DNA from: Squalus acanthias
Taxonomy: Eukaryota
Direction of reading: 5' to 3'
Length of the DNA stretch: 64,000 nt
Assembly: GCA_030390025.1 (NCBI GenBank)
Contig: CM059432.1
Span: 29,142,001 to 29,206,000 of the forward strand
This document shows, in pieces, positions 33,065 through 47,190 of the stretch (position 1 is the stretch's first letter; each line of letters opens with the position of its first letter). The notes below the pieces were generated by a model that saw only the letters and a list, made by a program, of their open reading frames with translations, ran no database searches and was not told where the DNA came from. The position numbers and the translations under genes were made by a program.

Positions 33065-35912
33065 ACAATGAAGGTTCACTAGATTGATTCCTGGGATGAG
33101 AGGGTTGTCCTATGAGGAGAGATTGAGTAGAATGGGCCTATACACTCTGGAGTTTAGAAGAATGAGAGTTGATCTCATTGAAACATAAGATTTTGAGAGG
33201 GTTTGACAAGGTAGATGCTCAGAGGCTGTTTCCCCTGGCTGGAGAGTCCAGAACTAGGGGGCATAGTATTAGAAGAAGGGGTCAGCCATTTAGGACTGAG
33301 ATGAGGAGAAATTTCTTCACTCAGTGGGTGTGAATCTTTGGCATTCTCTACCCCAAAGGACTATGGATACTCAGTCATTGAGTATATTCAAGGCTGAGAT
33401 CGATAGATTTTTTTGGACTCTAGAGGAATCAAGGGATATTGGGATCAGGCGGGAAAGTGGAGTTCAGGTCGAAGATCAGCCATGATCTTATTGAATGGCA
33501 GAGCAGGCTCGAGGGGCCGTAAGGCCTACTCCTGCTCCTATTTCTTTTGGTCTTATGTAATCCAGAGGCCTGGACTAATAATCCAGAGACGCGAGTTCAA
33601 ACTGGTTCACTAATGTCCTTTGGGGGAAGAAACCTGGTGGGAGTAGTATATAGGCCCCCCTAACAGTAGCTATACCCTGGGACAGAATATTAATCAAGAA
33701 ATAGTATGAGCTTATAACGAAGGTAATGCAATAATCATGGGGGACTTTAATCTTCACATAGACTGGACAAATCAAATTGGCATAAGTAGTCTGGAGGACG
33801 AGCTCATGGAATGCATTCGGAACAGTTTCCTAGAACAATATGTCATGGAACCAACCAGGGAACAAGTTATTTTAGATTGTGTATTGTGTAATGAGACAGG
33901 GTTAATTAGCAATCTCATAGTAAAGGATCAACTGGGGCAGAGTGATCATCATAATATGATAGAATTTCACATTAAGTTTAAGAGTGACTTGTCTAAGTCC
34001 AAAACTAGAGTCTTAAGCTTAAATAAAGCCAATTATGAGGGACGAGTTGGCAAGGCAGATTGGAAAAATAGATTAAAAGGTATGGCGGTAGATAAACAAT
34101 GGCTAGCATTTAAAGAAATATTTCTCAACAAAAATACATTCCATTGAGAAAGAAAAACTCCACGGGAAAAGTGATCCGTCCGTGGCTAACTAAAGAAGTT
34201 AAGGATAGCATTAGATTGAAAGAAGAAGCATATAATGTTGCGAAGAATAGTAGTAAGCCTAAGGATTGGGAGAGTTTCAGAATCCAGCAAAGGATGACCA
34301 AAAAATTGATAAAAAGTGATAAAATAGAATATGAGAGAAAACTAGCAAGAAATATAAAAACAGATTGTAAGAGCTTCTACAAGTATGTAAAAAGGAAGAG
34401 AGTAGCCAAAGTAAAGGTTGGTACCTTAGAGGCTGAGACCGGAGAAATTATTATGCGGAATAAGGAAATGGCAGAAACGTTAAACAAATATTTTGTATCT
34501 GTCTTCACAGTTCAAGACACAAAAAGCATAACAAAAATGGTGGGGAACCAAGGATCTAATCAGGTGAGGAATTTAACATAATTAATATAAGTAGAGAAAA
34601 AGTACTAGAGAAATAAATGGGACTAAAAGCTGACAAATCACCTGGACCTGACAGCCTACATCCTAGGGTTCTAAAAGAGGTGGCTGCAGAAATAGTGGAT
34701 GCATTGGTTTTGATTTTCCAAAATTCCCTAGATTCTAGAACGGTCGCAGCAGATTAGAAGGTAGCAAATGTAACACTGCTATTCAAGAAAGGAGGTAAAG
34801 AGAAAACAGGGAACTACAGGCCAGTTAGCCTGACATCAGCCATTGGGAAAATGCTGGAATCCATTGTTAAGGATGTGGTATTAGGGCATTTAGAAAATTA
34901 TAACATAATTAGGCAGAGTCAACATGGTTTTATGAAAGGGAAATCGAGTTTGACAAATTTATTCGAGTTTTTTGAGGATGTAACTAGCAGGGTAGATAAA
35001 GGGGAACCAGTGGATGTTGTATATTTGGATTTCCAAAAGGCATTCGATAAGGTACGACATAAAAGGTTATTACACAAGATCAGGGCTCATGGAGTTGGGG
35101 GTAATATAGTAGCATGGATAGAGGATTGGTTAATGGACAGAAAACAGAGAGTAGGGATAAACAAGTCTTTTTCAGGTTGGTAGGCTGTAACTAGTGGGGT
35201 GGAACAAGGATCAGTGTTGGGGCCTCAGCTATTTACAATCTATATTCATGGCCTAGCTGAAGGGACCGAGTGTAATGTATCCAAGTTTGCTGACGATACA
35301 AAGCTAGGTGGGACAGTAAGCTGTGAGGAGAACACAAAGAGTCTGCAAAGGGATATAGATAGACTAAGTGAGTGGGCAGTAAGGTGGCAGATGGAGTATA
35401 ATGTAAGGAAATGTGAGGTTATTCACTTTGGTAGGAAGAATAGAAAAACAGAATATTTTTTAAATGGTGAGAAACTTTTAAATGATGGTGTTCAGTGAGA
35501 TGGTGTCCTCGTGCAAGAAGCACAGAAAGGTAGCATGCAGGTATAGCAAGCAATAAAGAAGGCAAATGGCATGTTGGCTTTTATTGCAAGGGGGTTGGAG
35601 TATAAGAGTGAGGTCTTGCTACAATTGTACAGGGCCTTGGTGAGATCACACCTGGAGTACTATGCACAGTTTTGGTCTCCTTATCTAAGGAAGGATATAC
35701 TTGCCTTGGAGGCAATGAATGTTCACTAGATTGATTCCTGGGATGAGAAGACTGTCTTATGATGAGAGATTGTGTAGGATGGGCCTATACTCTCTGGCGT
35801 TTAGAAGAATGAGAGGTGATCTCATTGAAACATACAAGATTCTGAAGGGGATTGACAGGATAGATGCTGATAGGTTGTTTCCCCTGGCTGGAGTGTCTAG
35901 AAATAGGGGGCA
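33065..35912 (+). mobile_element. CR1 pieces: 3' end 33065-33557 and endonuclease-RT body 33635-35912
   Basis: [21 protein letters not shown] and [11 protein letters not shown] motifs. Confidence 0.88.
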
Positions 35913-35919
35913 TTTTTAA

Positions 35920-37680
35920 AAAATTCATTCATGGGATGTGGGCTTCGCTGGCAAGGCTGGCATTTATTGCCCATCCCTTCTTGCCCTTGAGAAAGTGGTG
36001 GTGAGCCGCCTTCTTGAACCGCTGCAGTCCGTGTGGTGAGGGTACTCTGTTAGGGAGGGAGGGAGTTCCAGGATTTTGACCCAGCGACGATAAAAGAACG
36101 GCGATATACTTCCAAGTCAGGATGGTGTGTGACTTGGAGGGGAACTTGGAGGTGGTGGTATTCCCATGCGCCTGCTGCCCTTGTCTTTCTAGGTGGAAGA
36201 GGTCGCGGGTTTGGGATGTGCTGCCGAAGAAGCCTTGGCAAGTTGCTGCAGTGCATCTTGTAGATGGTACACACTGCAGCCATGGTACGCCGGTGGTAGA
36301 GGAAGTGAATGTTTACGGTGGTTAATGGGATATCAATTAAGCGGGCTGCTTTGTCCTGGATGGTGTCGAGCTTCATGAGTGTTGTTGGAGCTGCACTCAC
36401 CCAGGCAAGTGGAGAGTATTCCATCACACTCCGTCAGGACCACTCAGTACCAGACCTCATTACAGCCTTGGTCCAAACATGGACAAAGGAGCTGAATTCC
36501 AGAGGTGAGGTGAGAGTGACTGCCCTTGACATCAAGGCAGAATTTGACCGAGTGTGGCATCAAGGAGCCCTAGTAAAACTGAAGTCAATGGGAATCGGGG
36601 GTGGGGGGGGAACTCTCCACTGGCTGGAGTCATACCTAGCACAAAAGAAGATGGTTGTGCTTGTTGGAAGTCAATCATCTCAGCCCCATGACATCGCTGC
36701 AGGATTTCTTCAGGGCAGTGTCCGAGGCCCAACCATCTTCAGCTGCTTCATCAATGACCTTCCCTCCAACACAAGGTCAGAAATGGGAATGTTCGCTGAT
36801 GATTGCACAGTGTTCAGTGCCTTTCTCAACTCCTCAGATAATGAAGCAGTCCATGCCCGCATGCAACAAGACCTGGACAACATTCAGGCTTCAGCTGATA
36901 AGTGGCAGGTAACATTGGTGACACAGAAGTGTCAGGCAATGACCATCTCCAACAAGAGAGAGTCTAATCACCTCCCATTGACATTCAATGGCATTACCAT
37001 CATTGAATCCCCCACCATCAACATCCTGGGGCTCACCATTGACTATAAGCTTAACTGGACCAGCCACATAAATACTGTGGCTACAAGAGCAACTCAGAGG
37101 CTGGGTATTCTGTGGCGAATGACTCATCTCCTGACTCCCCAAAGCCTTTTCACCACCTATAAGGCACAAGTCAGGGGTGTGATGGAATTCTCTTCACTTG
37201 CCTGGATGAGTGCAGCTCCAACAACACTCAAGAAGCTTGACAAAGCAGCCCACTTGATCGGCACCCCATGCACCACCTTAAACATTCATTCCCTCTACCA
37301 CCAGTTCAAAGTGGCTGCAGTGTGTACCATCTACAAGATGCACTGCAGCAACTCGCCAAGGTTTCCTCGACAGCACCTCCAAACCCGCCACCTCTACATA
37401 GAAGGACAAGGGCAGCAGGTGCCTGAGAACACCACCACCTCCAAGTTCCCCTCCAAGTCACACACCATCCTGACTTGGAAATATATCGCCGTTCCTTCAT
37501 TGTCGCTGGGTCAAAATCCTGGAACTCCCTCCCTAACAGCATTGTGGGAGTACCTTCACCACACAGACTGCAGCGGTTCAAGAAGGCGGCTCACCACCAC
37601 CTTCTCAAGGGCAATTTGGGATGGGCAATAAATGCTGGCCCTGCCAGTGATGCCCACATCCCGTGAGTGAATAAATTAAA
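35920..37680. mobile_element. Two LINE family B pieces fused head-to-head: 35920-36431(-) and 36432-37680(+)
   Basis: Both pieces carry the same 3' tail in opposite orientation; chimeric ORF 36309..37631 with MFADD. Confidence 0.85.
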
Positions 37681-37996
37681 AAAGGTTACACTCCATGCTG
37701 CACAATAATGCACAATAAAGGCATTGGCATATACCTCGTTAATGATCAGCCAGCTCCAAGGTAAGAGAAGGATGAGAAAATTCAACGGTATCTACTCCCT
37801 GAGGATGAAAGATCAATTGGAGCTTGAGGATGGTGGCAGTTGACTGATAGAGCTTCTATGCTGGGACATTTTTCTTGTGTTGGCTGCAACAATATCAGTC
37901 CCAACTGCCTCCCTGCTGTTGTCTTGTTTCTGACCAGTAGTTCATTAAACATGAGCATGTATACCTTCAAATGAATGAATGAGATAAATGTACTCA

Positions 37997-38130
37997 TGTG
38001 TGTGTGTGTGTGAGTGTGAGTGCCTGTGTGTGTCTGTGCCCGTGTGTGTGTGTGCGTGTGAGTGCTGTGTGAGTGCCTGTGTGTGTCTGTGCCAGTGTGT
38101 TTGTGTGTGTGTGTGTGTCTGTGTGTCTGC
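37997..38130. repeat. Imperfect (TG)n microsatellite
   Basis: Directly visible. Confidence 0.95.
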
Positions 38131-41100
38131 GCCATAGCTAATGGGCCTACTGCTCCCTCTCAAACCTTCAGGATCTAACCTCTCTCTATCTGCTGTACCC
38201 ATTGGTGGTGTACCAGAGGTCATTGGGTGTCAAGTGCCCCTCTGCTTTTCTGGAGAAGCAAGAAATCCTCCTTCTCTAGCTGTGAGAAACCTTAATGCAC
38301 CATCGTCAGACCCAGGAGCTTCCGGAGAAGTTGCCATCCCTATAGAGAGGGCCCTAGGTGTCTCCATCAACAGCTGGCTGTCATGTTTGCAAGGATTGCT
38401 GCCAAGCTGCACGCTAACGATTTTGTTGTTTTGCCTCACTCTGCAGGAACGCATGGAGAGAAAGACATTCAGATATATAGCACCTTTCACAACCTCAGTA
38501 TGTCCCGAAGTGCTTTACAGCCAATGAAGTAGTTTTGAAGTGTAGTCATTGTTGTAATGTAGGAAATGCAGCAGCCTATTTGCCCACAGCATGCTCCCAC
38601 AAACAGCAATGAAATAAATAATCTGTTTTAGTTGTTGGTTGAGGGATAAATGTTGGCCAGGAGACTAGGAGAATTCCTAAGTTCTTCTTCAATGGTGCCG
38701 TGTGATCTTTAACGTTCACCTGAGAAAGCAGACGGAATCTTGGTTTAACGTTTTATCCGATAGATGGCACATCTGGCAGTGCAACACTCTCTCAGTATGG
38801 CACAGAAGTGTAAGCTTAGGTTATGTACTTAAGTCTGTGGATTGGGGCTTGAACCCACGACCTTCTGATTCAGAGACGAGAGTGCTGCCACTGAGCCAAG
38901 GCTGACACCTGGAGCACACAATAATATACCTGTATGAGCTGCAGCAATGACTCGTGCAGTCTTCTTTTTGATGAGTTGAAGCCAGCCATCATACCTTCCT
39001 GCATTTTGCCACCCAAGACTCCTATAGCTACAGTGTGTGACACACACAGGCAAGCATGCATACACAGTGATTCTGGGCTCATTCACTCAGGCATGTGCCA
39101 CAGTGACTGGTGCTTCATGGTGTTCATATCTCAAACAGGAGAAGCCTTCCTCAATTGAAGAAAGAAAAAGCGAAAGAAAGACTTACATTTTATTTAGTAC
39201 CTTATACAGTGTCTGTGAATGATGTCACTAAGGTGCAGCATCTAGATGAGGAAGTGGAGGGGGCCAAGCATGGTTCTGTGGGAGACCCCCAAGGTGTCAG
39301 TGCAGAGGTGGGAAACAAAGCAATTGTTCGAAATATTCTGACTACGATTGGCCCCATCATTGCCGGCCATGCCTTCAGCCACCTATGCTTTCTAAACCCA
39401 TCCACCTTACCAGTTCTCTTTGCTCATTTAAAAGCCTCCTTAACACTCAGGCGTTTAGTCGCCTCATATCTGCTTTGGCTCGGCATCCATTTCTTTCTTG
39501 CACCTTTGGGCATATTTTCTGTGTCAAAGTTTCTATATAAATGAAGGTGGTTGTAGCTTAGTAAGGTTTCAGAAGAGGAAGGGAGGGTAGAAAGATTGGT
39601 AGAGAAAATGGCAAAAAAAAAGATACAAAAGGAAGATTGTTAACCATCGGCCTAAAATCAGAATTACCAGAATTCTTTCTTTGCTAATTTGCATGAACAC
39701 ATTTTCCTTGTATCTTGTTCTGGCAACAGCCTATAGAGGGAGCTGTCACATTACAAAATGCAGGTTTCCTATTATAAGGGGTAATTCTGTGATCCTGCAA
39801 CTTTCCATGAGGAGCTGAGCTCACAGGGAGTGGGGAATCAGGGCAATAATTGCAGGGAGCTGGGAGCATAGGATCACAGAAGAATTCCTTTATCACTTTC
39901 CATCACAGTTTTTGTAAACACTGCCATGGTCTATCCTAGATATTTGGATTCAACCTTGTTCAATATTTAAGTGTGATACTTTGTGTAATTAGAAAATATG
40001 CGAATTAGGAGTTGCCAAGGCGTCATTCGCATGGCAACATCACACTCGCTTCAATGGTGCATTGGGTGTATGGACTGCACAGTGTGGTGCTGAACCACTC
40101 AGGCCAGTTAGGCCCCAGATTTGATCCTTAGTCTGTGCTGAGTCAGCCAGTCTCAGGCAGGGGTGCAACAGCCCCTCGGTGTTCTCAGGCAGAGAAGAGA
40201 AGGTTGGGGAAACAGGACTCCCACTCTTAATCGCTATCCAGTGATGTCCGCTGGAAATCGTGCATGTGTAAACATCAGGTTCGGTTCGGCTCAACTTGAC
40301 TGCTGACTACCCCCTCTACCCAAATCGTCAGAAGTCCCGCCAATACTCACTATTAGCATGAAGAATGGCAACCTGGTGAGGTATTGGAGTCTACTGCTGC
40401 CTGAGAGAAGGGAAGAGGGAGGAGAGAATTCGACAGAATGGAACATTTCTAATATTTCGAGGGGAATTTAAAACTATAATTGTAATGTTCAACTTTTGAA
40501 AATCTTGACTAAATATCTTCAAATTTGTTTTCCAAAGTAAAGCTGCTCCCCTTCACTCTCGCAGACTCAGTATTGCCAACCTCAGGATTTATTCGCGAAC
40601 CCAGAATTTGCCGTCATTTTTTAATGCTCACCTGGGAAATGTAATCGCGGAGGGTCCCGTTCTGTCTGTCTGCAAGTTAATTAACAAGTTCAAATTAAAT
40701 TTACACCCGTGCCTGTGGCCTGTTAAAACAGTAGGTTAAATACTGTGTTAATTGCATTAAAATGATGGAGTTAGGAAGATAATGCAAATAGGAACTCAAT
40801 AAAACAGTGTATTAAAATAACATACCGAGAGAATTAAGCCTGTAGAAAGCTATGGTTAAATTTCCTGTGTTAAGTGCGAGCATTTAAAATGACTTCTGCA
40901 ATTGCAGGGCTCACAAGTAAATTCTGCAATAAGGTGAATGTTAGTCACTCTCCACATTTGTTCAACCCATGATATCAGCCACTGGAACGATTCATACAAA
41001 AAGAAAAGAGAAATGTAATCACAACACTGAAGTGAAAGCTGTGAATTCCAGTTTTATTTATGTATTTTTGGTTCATTGAAACATGGATTTCAATAAGGGG

Positions 41101-44069
41101 CTCATACAGCAGCAGTTTATTGCCACCTTGCCTCACCCTACATCTACAACCGCCTCTGGCTCCACGTTCCAGTCCTGGTCCTTCAGACTCTGGGCTCCTG
41201 TGTATCTCACGTGCCAAACCCCCTCTCCGCTCCACCATCAGTAGCAGAACCTTCAGCCATCTCAGCCCAAATCTCTGGAACCCCATCCACCTTGCTCTTG
41301 TCTCCTCCCCTTTAAAAGCCTGTTCAAAACACGCAATATAAATGCAAGTTGTGGTTCAAAGTTAAGTTCGCTTTAAGCAGAGAAAGAATTTTTTTAAATC
41401 ATGAAATGGGACCCGACTGCTCCCTCGCAGGATCAGCTGGTTAAGGCACTGAATATAGCTCACCGAATTTTACAGCACAGAAGGAGACCGTTTGGCCCAT
41501 CATGTTTATTCTGGCTCTCTGAAAAAGCTATCCACTTATTTCCATTCCCCTGCCCTTTCCCCGTACCCTTTTACATTTTTCTTTTTCAAATATTTGTCCA
41601 CTCCTCTTTTAAGAGCTATTAAGAATTCGACTTCTACCGCTATTTCTGGTGGAAGCATCCCATATCCCTGTGTGAACAGATTTCTCTTAACGTTTCCCTT
41701 CATTCTATTGGAGCTGATCTGAAACGTATGCCCTTTAGTTACCGACCAATTTACCAACTTCTAAGTTAGCATATTTTAACCCTTCATAACTTTGAATATC
41801 TGAACCATACAGACCAGGAAAGCCCCAGGTTCAATTCCATGCTGTGTGCTGCATTAGTTGATCTTCGTCAGGACAAGTACAATCTCATTGTTAACAAGTC
41901 CAGTGACCTCAACCCCTTACCTCTAATTAAGGAGAGGGAAATCACCCAGAGACCCTGCTTCTAATCACTTTCCAGTGACCCAGGATTGGACTCAGCAGTA
42001 ATGCCCCCTATGGTAGAATAGACTCACAGTCTAGACTTACACTTGAAGCGTAGTCGTTCTTCAAACTCTGGCCTCTTGTCCATCTCCACCTACCTTCACC
42101 GCACCATTGGTGGCCGAGCCTTCAGCCATCTAGGCCCTAAGCTCTGGAATTCCCTCCATAAACATCCCCGCCTCTCCACCTCCTTTAAGCCGCTCCTTAA
42201 AACCTACCTCTTTGACCAAACATTTGGCAACCTGTCCTAATGTCTCCTTTGGCTTGGTGTCAATTCTTGTCTGATTCTGCTCCTGTGAAGTGCCTTTGGA
42301 CATTTTACTACAGTAAAGGCACTATATAAATGCAAATCGTTGTTGTTGTTCAGCTAGCATGGGACCCATGGAACTGTAGTCCAGAAAAGAGGCCATTTTT
42401 TTCAGGGAGAGGAGCAAAATCTGGTGGAAAAAAGAATGGAAGAATAAAAGAGCAGCTTGCAAACTCAATGTCACATGATCATCTCCCTCTCACCTACTCG
42501 ATGCATTGTGTGACCTTGGATCAAAATTGTTTCTAAAAATAAATTTCTATTGCTAAACAGAATCCAATGCTGGAAGGTTGAGTTTATGTTCCTGATATAT
42601 ACAGTAATGGCTGGGCATGATGTGTGCTACATAGGTGTAACCTGAGATTGCATTACAGCTTGGTAACTCAATATCCCAGTCAGATGTATAGAGGATATAT
42701 GTGGGATATGATTGTACTTGATGTTACAGTCCTGTGAGAACAGCACATAAATTATGATGTTTTCCTCCCCCTCCTTGTTTGACAAATGTTAAATCCTGGT
42801 GACAACTGTTAACCTGGTTGCCCAACATTATTTACTGGAGATCCATGACATTGAAAGGATTCACCTTTGGGGCCTGCGTCTAATCTATCCAAGATGGATG
42901 GGATGAAAATCTCTGTAAACGTCATTTATGAAATATGTTTGGTAAGTTTCAACCTAGTTGGCATGTCCTCCCAGCACAGAAGTGCTCCATATACAGTGGT
43001 AAATGGCACTGTGGGTTATAAGAGGCAAAATATGGTGCATTACTTTTTGAACTTTAGGCCTGGACAAATGGACCATAACATTCTCGTAGATTCCTATGTT
43101 CCTGCATTAGTTCTCAATCTTGCTCAAGAAAGCCACAAGATAGCTTGTGGAAAATGGAAATGTAGGATTAGGAAGTGTTCTTCTGAGGTTAACGCTGATG
43201 TTTTTGAGAAGGGCAGAGGGCTTTACTCAAAATGGAACTGTGCTGTACCGGGGCCTTAAGGGTTTGGTATTGACATAAGGCTCTGAAATTCTATGGGGGA
43301 TCTCCTGCTCTTCCACAACTCTGGCAGGAGACCAGCAGAACCCTGACCTAACTGGTTACACTATGATTTTGGCCATTTTTGGGGAGGATTCTGCCAGTCT
43401 CCTGCCAGAGTTATTATGGGAGACCCCTCTCCCCCGTTTCCAAATTTCAGAGCCTGCGTGTCTGAAATGGAAAGTCTTCCATTCCCCAGCACCAACATCC
43501 TTCAAGTTGATGAACAGAAAAGGAAAGGATATTGGGGGCGATAATTTATGAATTAGCACTCCCAGCCAGAACTTCACATGCCGGGAACACATACTAGGGA
43601 ATTTAGTGGAGATCAGCACTCCCCACACGATTCTCCATGCGTTAATTGTACTCGATCCCCACTTCACTGAGCTCTTGAATTCAATTGGAGTGCAGGTTAT
43701 CACCGGGCCCAACTTGAGCACCTTCCAGTATATCTACGAATGGCACTGGCAGTGCCTTGGATGCAATAGTATTACAAAACAGAAAGGTGTGCAACCTCAA
43801 AAAAAGTGCCCATTTAATGGTGTATAATTTTCCCTAAAATTATGCACTATTGTGCAGATTGTGCACTATTGTGCATGTAACTGATCTGTCATTGAAATCA
43901 ATGGATACTGCTTCAGTGAGTGATGTGAAAGTAGATGGTGTGTTTTATATATACAGGATATGCAAAGTAATGCTATGATTAGGTTTATCCTTAGGAAGTG
44001 AGACAGGTAAGACTTGTAAAAGTGGCATTTTGGAAAGCGGAGTGGGAGTGGGGGTAAGGGCAGCCATCA

Positions 44070-45780
44070 TTTCCTCATCTAAATCTATCAGCATAACCCT
44101 CTATTCCCTTCTCCCTCACATGTTTGTCTAGCCCCCCCCTTAAATGCATCTATACTATTCGCTTCAACTACTCCCTGTGGTAGCGAGTTCCACATTCTCA
44201 CCACTCTTTGGGTAAAGAAGTTTCTTCTGAATTCCCTATTGGATTTCTTGGTGACTATCTTATATTGATGGCCTCTAGTTATGCTCTTCCCCACAAGTGG
44301 AAACATTCTCTCTGTATCCACTCTATCAAAACCTTTCATAATTTTAAAGACCTCTATTAAGTCACTCCTCAGCCTTCTTTTTTCAAGAGAAAAGAGACCC
44401 AGCCTGAACATCCTTTCCTGATATGTATACCCTCACATTTCTGGTATCATCCTTGTAAATCTTCTCTGCATCCTCTCCAGTGCCTCTATATCCTTTTTAA
44501 TAATATGGCGACCAGAACTGTACGCAGTACTCTAAGTGTGGTCTAACCAAGGTTCGATATAGGTTTAGCATAACTTCCCTACTTTTCAATTCTATCCCTC
44601 TAGAAATAAACCCGAGTGCTTGGTTTGCTTTTTTTTATGGCATTGCTAACCTGTGTTGCAACTTTTATTGATTTGTGTATTTGTACTCCGAGATCCTTAA
44701 GAGGGCGCTAATGGGGCGCAAAGCCGCTAACGCCCGGGCGCAGCGATGTTTGCGCCGCTCGAGAACTTAACTTGAGATTGTGCGGCGGCGCTAAAAATAA
44801 CCGCTGCGACCACCTGCGCACGCAGATTGTGACGTCATTCCATGGTGCAACGCACTTGTGGCGCCCCGGAGCGGAAATTGAGTGGCGCCCCCTGCCTTAC
44901 CGCCTGGCGCATCCAACGACCAGAAGACTGGAACGCTATCAATTGCTGTGGGGCTGGGGGGGGCGCTATTTAAAGGGGGCCTCTTCCTGTCTTTTATTGT
45001 TGGTGGCATTTTTGAACGACGCATTCTGAGAGAGAGAGGGAGAGACTTCTGGAGAGATTCAACGTTGTGGGAAGGAGTTTTGGGTACTGAGCAGCACTTT
45101 GCAGGTTCATTTTGATTTGCCATTCCTTGTATCGATTTAGCAGAGACTGTGGGAGCTGCACTCTGAGCTCTTTGCCTGGTACTCTCCATTGTTCTTTCCA
45201 GCACATTTGATGTGCAAGTCTCTCCAGGCCGAGATTCAAGGCTGCAATGAACAGGATGTGGATGGAAAGCAAGATTAACCATCCCCTTTAAGAACTGGCC
45301 CGTGCCATTGTGTGTGTGTTCCATTGCTGACTGACATTACATGAGCTTCGCCAGCGCTCTGAGTTAGCGCCTCACTCCTTGGCCTTTGCGCCTTAAGACA
45401 GGTGTGAAGCGCCTGCTTTAGCGCTCCACTCACCTCCCAGGGCGGTAAAAGTGAAGTTTCCAGTCAGTGCCGATAATTAGCGCCAGGCGCTAATATTTGC
45501 GTCCAGACGATATTTGCGCCCCAAATGGGGCGCGACCTAATTTCTACCCCTAAATCTTTAATGTAAATTGTGAACAGCAGTGGTCCCAGCACTGATCCAT
45601 GTGGAACACCACTACCCACCTTCTGCCACTGTGAATAGCTACCCTTTACTCCTACTCTCTGCTTTCTGTCTTGAAGCCAGCCAGCAGTCCATTCTGCTAC
45701 TTGTCCTCTGACTCCACATTTTCTGACCTTGTTCATCAGTCTATTATGGGGTACCTTACTGAAGGCCTTTTGAAAATCCA
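44070..45780 (-). mobile_element. CR1 3' fragment interrupted by a Harbinger-like copy
   Basis: RRNFFTQRVVRMWNSLP and GVPHGSVLGPLLFTIYI translations. Confidence 0.85.
44696..45550. mobile_element. Second copy of the 29298-30190 element, inverted and missing one TIR
   Basis: Near-identical reverse-complement ORFs; TIR AATTTCTACCCC ends at 45550. Confidence 0.88.
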
Positions 45781-47190
45781 CGGATCCCAGGGAAGCAGCC
45801 TGTGTGGAAACGTACCTGAGATCACATGGGCGTGGTACTCCAATCACAAAACAGAATTAGATTTGAATAATTTCCAAAGGGAATCCCATAATCAGATTTA
45901 ATGGAATTCCGAAATCAAATTTAATTACAATTTACGGGATTGGAATTTAATTCCTAATTAGCTTCATTCCACCAAATTCACTAAAAATTTTATTTTTAGA
46001 TAATAATTTTCAACATCATTAAAACTCTTATATTTGCAGAAACATTGAAAAACTCATTTGATACAGTGTATGTGTATGATTGCCGAGATGCAAATGTTCA
46101 AATCATGTCTGAGGTATCCCCTTACGCTGATGCAAACAGGCCCTTTTTTCTGTTTGCATCAACCGTAACATTTCCGTACGCAATTGCTGGCCAGTTCAAC
46201 TCTGTGACTGCAATTGCTTTTTCATGGGCCGTACGGATGGCCTGGCAACGTATATGTTGACAGACCGCAGGTTCCGGAGTTCGCGCATGTGCAAGCGAAA
46301 ATCCCGAACTTGCAATAGATTTCAAAGGAGGTATGGCGGTGTACTCTGAGAGTATGCCGCCATACCCACCGCAAAATCTGGGCCATTATTCCTGACTACA
46401 AAGTATTCAGGAAAGATAAGGGAGAAATCAAGAAGTTGGAGGGTGGCAGCAGTGATCAACAGTATAAATACAGGGGCCTGTGAGTGCAGCCAGCACTGAG
46501 TGCAGCAGCACAGAGTGAACAACTGCGAGTTTGGTAAGTGTGAGAGTTTTAAGGGTTAATCTCTTTTAAAATCTAGTGTTAATTGCTTGTAGCTCTTAAG
46601 TAAGATCAACTGTTTAAGTTAAAATTTAAACTTTAAACTTTTAAGTTTCTTCAGGCTTAAGCAGAGACAAACAAGCAAGCTCTCCTGCTGGAGAGTTGCT
46701 GTAGTTAGTTCATTAGCGAACTGGATTAAACTGGTTCCTGAAACAGTAGCAGAGCAGTGGTGACTCATCTGAGTCACAAACAGAATAAATACAGGGGCCT
46801 GTGAGTGCAGCAGCACAGAGTGAACAACTGGGAGTTTGGTAAGTGTGGAAGTTCGGTGAAGTGGGGGAAGGAGGCGCTTGTTTTTCTTAACCTCTCCTGC
46901 AGTGCGGCGGCGGTGGACCTGAGCGGGAGCAGACAGAGGCCCGAGAGCGGGGATAAAAGCAGCAACAGACCTGCATCAGCAAGAGAAAACGGCAGTGTGA
47001 TGTCACAGGTAAGGCAGGTAAGTGATTGGTCGTGACTGTGGGCTAAGTTTTAAGATAGTAACTGTGGGCTAAGTTTTAAGTTAACATATAACATAATTTT
47101 AAAAACTAAACTTAATTTAATTAATTTAATAAACTAAACGAGGTAAATAATTTGATTAATACTAAACTAATTAATTAAACAAATAAAATA

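Noticed and set aside
36309..37631. 440-aa ORF as an intact gene
   Set aside because: Chimera across an inverted LINE junction, with a frameshifted C-terminus
37782..38223. His/Thr-rich ORFs
   Set aside because: Translation of a (CA)n microsatellite
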